Origin: Kofleriaceae bacterium
GTDB lineage: Bacteria; Myxococcota_A; Polyangia; Haliangiales; Haliangiaceae
Reading direction: 5' to 3'
Assembly (NCBI GenBank): GCA_965215005.1
Contig: CBDCCZ010000039.1
Coordinates: forward strand, 32,001 to 96,000
DNA: 64,000 bases
Shown: positions 20,901-27,064 of the stretch, piece by piece
Position numbering within the stretch: the first letter of the stretch is position 1
Layout: each line of letters starts with the position of its first letter
Position numbers and translations under genes: made by a program
The notes under the pieces: model-generated
What the model was told of the DNA's origin: nothing
What the model saw: the letters and a program-made list of their open reading frames with translations, nothing else
The model's database searches: none

Positions 20901-21550
20901 AATGCGTCGCGATTGCCGGGCATGCGCGCCAATGCCTCGCCAAACTCGGTCAGCGCGCGTGCCGGCTCGAGAAGCTCGCGACGATACAGCTCTCCGAGCC
21001 GCAGGTGGATCGCGACGCGCCGCTCGCCGTCGCACTCGCTCAGCTCTTCGCGCCACAGTGCGATTGCATCCTCCCAGCGCCGCGCCCGCTCGTACACTTG
21101 ACGGAGTGCCTCGCGGTCGCCACCGTTCCAAGAGCCGTCGCGACGCAGCTCGAGATGCATGGCTATCGCGCGCTCGAGATCGCCAAGCTCCTGGGCGCAC
21201 AGGCGCGCGGCATCGCGACGCATCGCGCTGGCCTCGGTAGGCTCGGCCCGCGCCGCCCGCCGCTCCAGGTGCGCGATCAACTCAGAGAAGCGCCCGAGGT
21301 CGCGACATAGGCGACGATATCGCGGATCGAGCTCGGCATCGTTTGGATCGTCGGCAAGCAAGGCACCGAGGATCTCGAGCACACCACCTTGATCTTCGAG
21401 CGACTCGAGCACCGAAGCTGCCTGAAGCAGCAGGCTGCGCCGGCGCCGATCGCTGCGCGTCGCTTCGGCTTTGGACAGCAGCGCATCGACCTCGGCGGCT
21501 CCCGATACTCGTCCTCCCGCCACGCGTCGTATGAGCTCGGCCAACGCCAT
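14990..21550 (-). CDS. Giant tetratricopeptide-repeat protein (2186 aa) of the myxobacterial AgmK-like type
   Basis: Dozens of TPR-like units (A..Y..AL..DP....AL..L.RLY....W..L) and a C-terminal non-TPR domain. Confidence 0.85.
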   Translation of the reverse strand: MALAELIRRVAGGRVSGAAEVDALLSKAEATRSDRRRRSLLLQAASVLESLEDQGGVLEILGALLADDPNDAELDPRYRRLCRDLGRFSELIAHLERRAARAEPTEASAMRRDAARLCAQELGDLERAIAMHLELRRDGSWNGGDREALRQVYERARRWEDAIALWREELSECDGERRVAIHLRLGELYRRELLEPARALTEFGEALARMPGNRDAFEAACSLIGEAPHIALEVAAVLEAACDADDDAWRIAAALEQAAEDCLDVAVRAALLRHAGQLYDRRLRCARQAFDALSRALAEDADDEPLLTHLQRLGAELGAWRELAELEAWVAEQCSSPERRRLLLLSAGQLFEEEARAPRRAMTAYRNALAAVPQDRDAMWSLARLYEQEQQWADLATLLERRLEAAQEPMERRELELRLAEVLVEHLEEVDDGLACLTRLLADERAEGHVLAMFEDLWQRGCRRREVADALEAAYTETQRWELLEALYREQLAGDPDEPMILRKIALVCERRGELAAAAAAYRQVILCGGNQSESVTALERLCGSDEDALELLDVLSELLPRAKSDAEVAVCELRRGRLYERWLGDRDKARSSYEAVLDKDGRNLEALEALERLHLRSEDWRALVALYEQRLRSTEDAEERAELHLRAAEVYGQAVLDESLALDHCKQALAARPRDCRALELRCMLAWRAGRVTDLVLALEALCAATDGPGAKARLLRQIAAAQVRGCGDALAAADALERSLEHQEDRGALEALLDHYRSEADGSAHAETLWRLLRLPDEPIARAGERFRELAELEERCGRLDRAVAACQRRYELDRDDAAAQELARLLAAARRWPECAALLEDHASWTQEPALRHQLQLELAVVYRSELGQLDRAALLCKSLSGDDALDELERIYRAAERWRDLLQLLRARAAKRPQDRVALLSQAAALAQAELGEPLLALEIWLDVVRADARQQEAAAQLAQLAHVLGAWHRLLEELLEHVQELTASDAHEQAAALWTLLGRWYLVELDDAESARTAAAHALASQPYEHAAWDLSIAAHRRAQAWGTLAETLVDAIEVANDEARQVSLYTQLGALSREHLSDDELHRWAHERALTLDPHHLPSLLALQPVCRAAEAWRELESVLRRLIENGTDDHASAWLLELATVSEDHLGSPTEALAAYRQVLAIAPHSTVAQVAAERLGQRVGDLAAVAQSLSLQLAAANDDGARISLCERLARVSERAGAIAEAAAAWERLLELAPERYELYPELVRLYRRLERWDELARVYRRQLANDDDEEVRIARLIELGEVLERGAGDVDAAVASYEEALAFAPSSGAAWAALGRACERAERWSRAASALEHALEFTAEAERGPLHFALGRVIIRGGHDRDAESHLLCAARLLDTAEPRLELAALYEGRGMWAQTAMWLEQAAERTHSAIEAPGLWHRAGRIHLDRLGRTDDGTRCMASAFALEPSMIDAAQSLAELYDEASRWDELAPVMEVVIRHLRHAAPDAAKRAVQCERAGRCAAARGEHASAKRFFLEAREIAASPAVLLGLAEANFATGEFHAAVAGYRAYLGASSTASADLYCRLGVALANTGERDRGIEVLAQALALEPNHYEALVATSELCAAAGDAAAAIEAKRSLAQLSEGAVAAQVFEDIGQLAADVLGDSREALDAYFQALELTPGNHRRLQRALELCAELGEWEMAIDVIDRFVACEPDAVRCGSYHQAAAAILRDELGEPKAATERFECALASFFADPGKLTDAMVTRAMQAFVDIDALLTEARDWSGQERAYRAMIQRLPKGHPALASLWDSLGEIYRTRLARLSDAIDAFEVAQHLDPKGSERREILAELYVIAGADQVDKAVAQHRDLLRDDPLHAQSYRDLGRIYLDAGGEEQAWCVFRALVATGRAAAVEKSFVERRQARFGHNGPSELLPQYWAHIRHQDEDPHLGAVMAAVWRAAAVVADRALARAPSTSDATPLSPLHRVLREVARAVGVAAPPVLLDGGFRDPVFLTYATSRSGPTPALIAAPDAGRGESPAWLTFAFARELARARPEYLATVAIPGVAELRAAVVAAIATACPDVPIPKREHALAAPYAQAFASGLRGDERRHLQFAVRELLRAEVADVASWSRAVDATVTRAAFVVCEDLHAALRVLLGRAVLDATRLAQNHPARDLLSYAISDDYFAVRSERARAVAA

Positions 21551-21567
21551 CGGATTCGCTACTGAAA

Positions 21568-21583
21568 AGCAAGCCGTACGCCA
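21568..21583 (-). promoter_or_regulatory. Putative sigma-54 promoter of the giant TPR gene
   Basis: Minus strand TGGCGT-ACGGC-TTGCT, near consensus; 18 nt lie between the -12 C and the ATG. Confidence 0.7.
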
Positions 21584-21844
21584 TCACGCTAGCGCAGACG
21601 TCTCGCTGAGTTACAGGTGAATGCGGCGCCACCGATGCGATGGATTCTCGCCGCCGTGGGGGTGTAGGCATCAGCAAGCGGGGCCCCGCGGTGACGCTTC
21701 GGTGCGATCGGTTCCGGTGTCAACTCTACGGTAAAGATCCGTCGTCGCTGACCGATAGCGTCCTAAACGCCTCGCGCCGGCGGAACCACCCATGCAGACC
21801 GTTTCAGCAAAAACTCCAGTCGCCCTCGTTAGAGATGCGGTAGC

Positions 21845-24800
21845 ATGACTGTTTGGGGGGAATCGAGGCGCTCGTTGCAGTACGAAGGCGGCTTTGAAGA
21901 GCTCGAATCGCGACGATTCGACGTCTTGCGCCAGCTCGGCGACGGCGGGATGGGCGTGGTTTACGAGGTGCTGGATCGCACCACGTCCACGCGTGTCGCG
22001 CTCAAGACCCTCAAGGTGCGCGACCCGAACCTACTCTACTACCTCAAGCGCGAGTTTCGCGCCCTGCAAGATATCGATCATCCCAACCTGGTTCGCCTCG
22101 GAGAGCTCATCGAGGAAGATGGTCGCTGGTATCTCACGATGGAGTTGGTCGAGGGCCAAGCGTTCCTCGACTACGTGCGCGTCGGTGCACTGCGCGCCGC
22201 CGGCTCGCTTGCCACCGCCGCCACCGGCCGCTTTGATGAACCCGGCGACTTTGCCTTGGTGCGCCCCAGCAGCCCGTTGCCAAGCATGGTCAACACGCGC
22301 TGCGATCACGCGCGGCTGCGTAGCGCGGTAGGCCAGCTGGCCGCCGGTCTTGCGGCGCTCCACGACGGCGGGCGGGTGCACCGCGACGTCAAACCCTCCA
22401 ACGTCCTCGTCACCGCCGAGGGTCGCACCGTGCTCGTTGATTTTGGCTTGGTGTTCGACGAATCGCGCGGGCTTTCATCGGCCACTAGCGTGGTCGGCAC
22501 CGCTGCGTACATGGCTCCCGAACAAGCCGCCGGAGGCCAGATTACTGGCTCGGCAGATTGGTACGCGGTGGGGGTGATGACGTATGAGGCGCTCACCGGC
22601 CGTTTACCATTCGAGGGCGCGCCGCTCGAAATTCTCATGGCCAAGCAGCGCAGCGAGCCACCGCTGGCGAGCAGCTTCGCCGATGACGTGCCTGGCGATC
22701 TCGACGCGCTGTGCGCTGAGCTGCTCCGCTTCGATCCCAACAGTCGCGCGAACGCCAAGCAGATCCTCGCCGCGCTCGGAATTACACCGACGGTGACGCG
22801 AGTCTCAACCTCTACGGGGACCGAGACCAAGCGCTTCGTCGGCCGCGGCGCCGAGCTCGCGACGCTGGACGCGGCCTATCGCGAATTAGCACGAGGAACG
22901 CCAACGGTCGTGGCGTTGCGCGGCGACTCCGGCGTCGGTAAGTCAGCGCTGGTGAGCCGCTTCACCAACGGACTTCGTGGCGAAGAGTCGGCACCGCTGG
23001 TTCTCGAGGGTCGCTGCTACGAGCGCGAGATCGTGCCCTACAAAGGCTTTGACGGCGTGGTCGACTCCCTCGCCGGTCACCTACGGCGCACATTGCCACC
23101 AGAGGCCGATCTGATCGGTCCCGACGCCGCGCTTGTCCGGCGTCTGTTTCCCACCCTCGGCCGCGTCGAGGCGATCGCCCGAGCCAGCGGTGCTCAGGAG
23201 CATCGCACCCTCGGCGCCCACGAGATACGCCACCGCGCGTTCGCTGCGCTCCGCGGGCTACTCGCCCACGTTGCAACCAAACAGCCCCTGATCATCGCGA
23301 TCGATGACATCCAGTGGGCCGGCGCCGACAGCCTGCGGCTGCTTGCGGAGCTGACCCGAGCGCGCAACGCGCCGCGCATCCTTTGGCTGCTAACCTCGCG
23401 CGTCCCTATCGAGGCGCTTTGGGAGCGAGCCGACGCCGCGGCGGATTTCGACGGAACGATTGCCGTTCGCGAGCTCGAGGTCGGGGCGCTCGATGAACAT
23501 ACGGCAACTGAGCTAGCGGAATGGCTGCTCGCGCGCGCTGGAGTTTCCGGCAGCGGACGCGCGCAGAGCATTGCTGCCGAGGCCGGCGGTCACCCTCTCT
23601 ATGTCGATGAGCTGGTGCGACACGTGGCAATGTGGCGCCAGCTCGATGGCTCGGTTCGGCTCGACGATGCGATGTGGGCGCGTATCAACACGCTCGATGA
23701 AGAAGCCGTTCACGTGCTCGAAATCGTCTGCATCGCCGGCACGCCGCTAGCCCGCGAGCCGCTGCAGCGAGCTGCCGACTTGCAGCCCGAGCGCTTCGCA
23801 CGGCTGCTCGCGATGTTGCGCGTGAGTAACCTCGTGCGCTCCTCGAGCCATCGCGGCGCCGATCATCTCGAGCCGTATCACGACCGAGTGCGCGACACGA
23901 TGCTCGCGCAGATCGACGAAGATACCCGCTCGCGGCATCACGAACGGCTCGCGCTGGCGCTCGAAGCCTCGGGCGCGTCCACCAGCGAGCCGTATGTGGT
24001 GGTCGCGCACTGGGAAGCGGCTGGGCAACCGGAACGCGCGGCGGTGTATGCCGAACGTGCCGCCGATGCCGCGCTCGAGGCGCTGGCGTTTGGTCACGCA
24101 GCCGAGCTCTATGCCACGGCGCTGCGCCTCGGCAAAGCCGATGAGGCCACCCGCAGTCATCTGCTCGCGCGTCGCGCCGATGCGCTCGGCCATGGTGGCA
24201 AGTCGGCCGAGGCCGCCGAGGTCTATCTCGAGGCCGCGAGCAGTCGCGACCCGGCAGTGCGCCTCGAGTGCCGCGCATTGGCCGCCGAGAGTTTGCTGGT
24301 GAGCGGACGCATCGAACGAGGGCTCGCTGCTCTGAGCGACATCCTCGCCGAGGTCGGCATACCAATTCCAACCTCGCGCGCCGGCATTTTGTCTTCGCTC
24401 CTCTGGCAGCGGTGCAAGCTCGCGGTTCGCGGAACTCGTTGGAAGCCGCGCCACGAGTCAGAGCTGTCGTCACAACAACATCTATGGCTGCAGGCGTTCC
24501 GCACCGGAACGCTACTGGGCACCGTCGACTTTCTGTGGGGCGCGGAGTTTCAAGCGCGAGGTTTATTGTTTGCGCTCCGAGCCGGCGAAGAAAAGCAGCT
24601 GGCGTATTTTCTCGCCTACGAAGGCACCTTTCGCGCCACGCAAGGGCAGCGCGGAAGGCGCTCCGCCGCGCGCTGGGTAGCCGCTGCACGCCGCGCCAAC
24701 GCGGCTCACGCCGATCCGGTCGCAACGGTGTTCATTTTGGGAGCAGAGGGCGCTACGTCTTATTACGACGGCGCGTTTGCGCAGGCTGCGGAGCGTCTCG

Positions 24801-25660
24801 GCGAGGCCGCCCACCACGCCAGCGCGATTCCCGGCGCCAACTGGCACGCAAGCACGTTACGCATTCATCACGTGTGGGCCGTGCTTCGCACCGGCGCGCT
24901 GCGCAAGCTCCGCCGCTACGTCGATGAGTACGTAGGCGATGCGGTGCGCCGCGGCGATCGCTATCTCGAAACCACGGTGCGGCGCTCGTGCAACATGCTC
25001 CTGTTGGCGACCGAAGGCGTGGAGGCAGCACGTCGTGACCTCGACCGCGCCACCTGGTCGCCGGCCGGGCAAGGGTTTCACATCCAGCACTGGCACGCGC
25101 TGCGCGCCCGCGCCGAGGTCGCGCTTTTCGAGGGCGAGGCCAACGCCGCTCGCGAAGCAACGGAAGACAGCTTTGCCGCGTTGCAGGCATCGCTGCTCAC
25201 CCGCGTCGAGATGGTGCGCGCAGAAGCGCGTTTTCTCAAGGCGCGGCTTGCGCTCGCCAGCTTCGGCGAGACCGGCGACCGCAAGCAGCTCGCCATCGCG
25301 GGCAAGCTCGTCGGCAAGCTAGCCCGCGAGCGCGTCGCCTACGTCCGCACCTGGGAGCTATTGCTGCGCGCCGGCCTCGCCACTGCCGATGCCCGAGCCG
25401 ACCGCGCCTTGCAGCACCTGCGCGCTGCCATCGCTGCCGCCGATGCTCAAGGCACGCAGCTTCTCGCCGCTATCGCTCGACTCCGCGCCGCCGAGCTCGG
25501 CCCCGCCGATCGCGACGAGCTTGCCCACGCAGCGAATCGCTATTGCGAGCGCGAAGGCATTCTGCACCCGGACCGTGTTGCCGACGTGCTGGCGCCGTTC
25601 CCAAACCGCGCGATGCCGCAGCTAGCCGCGGGCAGCGGCGCCGGGAATGCGCGGCCCTAG
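21845..25660 (+). CDS. Hanks-type Ser/Thr protein kinase fused to an AAA/STAND ATPase and a TPR-like region
   Basis: LGDGGMGVVY, VALK, HRDVKPSN, DFG, GTAAYMAPE; FVGR..EL, Walker A GDSGVGKS, Walker B IAIDDIQWA, GHPLY. Confidence 0.93.
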   Translation: MTVWGESRRSLQYEGGFEELESRRFDVLRQLGDGGMGVVYEVLDRTTSTRVALKTLKVRDPNLLYYLKREFRALQDIDHPNLVRLGELIEEDGRWYLTMELVEGQAFLDYVRVGALRAAGSLATAATGRFDEPGDFALVRPSSPLPSMVNTRCDHARLRSAVGQLAAGLAALHDGGRVHRDVKPSNVLVTAEGRTVLVDFGLVFDESRGLSSATSVVGTAAYMAPEQAAGGQITGSADWYAVGVMTYEALTGRLPFEGAPLEILMAKQRSEPPLASSFADDVPGDLDALCAELLRFDPNSRANAKQILAALGITPTVTRVSTSTGTETKRFVGRGAELATLDAAYRELARGTPTVVALRGDSGVGKSALVSRFTNGLRGEESAPLVLEGRCYEREIVPYKGFDGVVDSLAGHLRRTLPPEADLIGPDAALVRRLFPTLGRVEAIARASGAQEHRTLGAHEIRHRAFAALRGLLAHVATKQPLIIAIDDIQWAGADSLRLLAELTRARNAPRILWLLTSRVPIEALWERADAAADFDGTIAVRELEVGALDEHTATELAEWLLARAGVSGSGRAQSIAAEAGGHPLYVDELVRHVAMWRQLDGSVRLDDAMWARINTLDEEAVHVLEIVCIAGTPLAREPLQRAADLQPERFARLLAMLRVSNLVRSSSHRGADHLEPYHDRVRDTMLAQIDEDTRSRHHERLALALEASGASTSEPYVVVAHWEAAGQPERAAVYAERAADAALEALAFGHAAELYATALRLGKADEATRSHLLARRADALGHGGKSAEAAEVYLEAASSRDPAVRLECRALAAESLLVSGRIERGLAALSDILAEVGIPIPTSRAGILSSLLWQRCKLAVRGTRWKPRHESELSSQQHLWLQAFRTGTLLGTVDFLWGAEFQARGLLFALRAGEEKQLAYFLAYEGTFRATQGQRGRRSAARWVAAARRANAAHADPVATVFILGAEGATSYYDGAFAQAAERLGEAAHHASAIPGANWHASTLRIHHVWAVLRTGALRKLRRYVDEYVGDAVRRGDRYLETTVRRSCNMLLLATEGVEAARRDLDRATWSPAGQGFHIQHWHALRARAEVALFEGEANAAREATEDSFAALQASLLTRVEMVRAEARFLKARLALASFGETGDRKQLAIAGKLVGKLARERVAYVRTWELLLRAGLATADARADRALQHLRAAIAAADAQGTQLLAAIARLRAAELGPADRDELAHAANRYCEREGILHPDRVADVLAPFPNRAMPQLAAGSGAGNARP

Positions 25661-25774
25661 CGTCGATCGTTGGCGCTGATCGCAGCATCGCCGGCGGTGC
25701 GCTACTCGTTGCCCGATTCGTCGGCCGTGAGCGCTAACGGCCTCGAGCAGTCAGGCGCCGTGGCGCGTCGAGGG

Positions 25775-26752
25775 CTACTCCTGAGCAGCGGGCTCGTCGA
25801 AGAGATCGGCGGCGACCTCCGCCTCGAGCGCGCGATCGAACCAGCGGTCGAGCCTTGTGCGATCGCGACACGCCAAGATGGTCGCGCGCAGCTCGTCTGG
25901 GAGACGCACCTGTCGCGCATCGAGAATACGCAGGACCAGCTCGGCTCGCGCCGTGGTCTGTCCTAGCGCTTGACCTTCGGCGCGGAGTTTATCGGCGGTG
26001 GTTTCGATGAGTGCGGGCATGATCGGGTGAATCTGGCGGGTCGCTTCTTGGAGTATTTCTACTCCGATACCTGCGGTCTGCAACACGTATTCCACCAGCC
26101 GATGCAGGGCGCGCAGGCCGGTGCGGGAGTCCAGGGCGACGGCGCGGAGCAGCTCGGTCCATGCAACCAGACGTTCCGGCAGCTCGTCGGAGCGAATGTA
26201 CTTGAAGAGTAGACACACCACTGCTTCGAAGGTTCCTCGCCATAGCCGTTCGTCGGGCACTGCCGAGAGGTCGGTGAGGAGAAATCGAAAGTGCGGCACG
26301 TACGAAGACAGCACAGTGCACGCCGCGGGCGGCATGAGGAGAAGCTCGTCGAGCGACACGGGCGCGCGCCAGCCGAGCTCACTGTGGTGCAAGACCATGG
26401 GCAGCACTGGCGGCAGCTTGCGGCGACTGGTGTCTTCTTCTAGAAAGCGCTCCCAGATGCGAACCATGTAGCGCAACATCCGAAGCGGCATCAACGGATC
26501 CACCGAGCTCTGGTGCTCAAATAGGATGTATAGAAACGCGCTGCCGTCACCGTGGCGAAACGTCGTGGTGAAGAGCAGATCCGTCTGTCGCTCTTGCAGG
26601 TTCTCGTCTACGAACGAACCGGGTCGCGCTACCAGCGAGCTTAAGTCGAGTTGCTCGGCGACCTCTTGCGGGAGAAACGCGAGGAAGTGCGCCGCTGCAT
26701 GAACAGGATCACCGAAGACACTGCGAAACAGCTTGTCGTGGGGGTTCGGCAT
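25775..26752 (-). CDS. Rpn family recombination-promoting nuclease / YhgA-like putative transposase (PD-(D/E)XK)
   Basis: MPNPHDKLFRSVF, GSFVDENLQERQTDLLF, YILFEHQSSVDPLMPLRMLRYM, LPPVLPMVLHH and C-terminal TADKLRAEG are hallmarks of the family. Confidence 0.92.
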   Translation of the reverse strand: MPNPHDKLFRSVFGDPVHAAAHFLAFLPQEVAEQLDLSSLVARPGSFVDENLQERQTDLLFTTTFRHGDGSAFLYILFEHQSSVDPLMPLRMLRYMVRIWERFLEEDTSRRKLPPVLPMVLHHSELGWRAPVSLDELLLMPPAACTVLSSYVPHFRFLLTDLSAVPDERLWRGTFEAVVCLLFKYIRSDELPERLVAWTELLRAVALDSRTGLRALHRLVEYVLQTAGIGVEILQEATRQIHPIMPALIETTADKLRAEGQALGQTTARAELVLRILDARQVRLPDELRATILACRDRTRLDRWFDRALEAEVAADLFDEPAAQE

Positions 26753-26822
26753 GACGGGGCGCGGGACGAGTCGTCGACGCCAGCCCGATGGTGGCTGGTC
26801 ACTCGCGCGACCCAAACCGCAT

Positions 26823-26838
26823 CGCAAGACCGATGCCA
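26823..26838 (-). promoter_or_regulatory. Putative sigma-54 promoter upstream of rpn
   Basis: Minus strand TGGCAT-CGGTC-TTGCG; supports the 26752 start over 26839. Confidence 0.6.
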
Positions 26839-26877
26839 CGCGAAACTACGCCGATCCTCGCGTCCCCGGTCCGGCTT

Positions 26878-26932
26878 CCCGGACGCCGCGGACGGCATCC
26901 CGGACGCCGCGGACGGCCCCCGGACGCCGCGG
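26878..26932. repeat. Intergenic 20-21 bp tandem repeat x3 (core CCCGGACGCCGCGGACGGC)
   Basis: Copies at about 26878, 26899 and 26919, with no unique spacers. Confidence 0.85.
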
Positions 26933-27064
26933 CCCCCCAGAGCCCGCAGGCGCGCCCTCAGACACACGCGAACGCCCTACCCCACCGCTGTTGGTGAACG
27001 CTTGCGTTCGCCCAATGCGGCGCCTTCGCTGGTGAAGGCGCCGCTTTCCACCCGCCGAGACGCG

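Noticed and set aside
21551..21844. ncRNA or small ORF in the divergent intergenic region
   Set aside because: No convincing structure, RBS or coding bias beyond the sigma-54-like promoter.
25775..26752. IS element
   Set aside because: Rpn/YhgA proteins are not demonstrated transposases, and I saw no terminal inverted repeats or target duplication.
26878..26932. CRISPR array
   Set aside because: Three abutting repeats without unique spacers, and no cas genes in the window.
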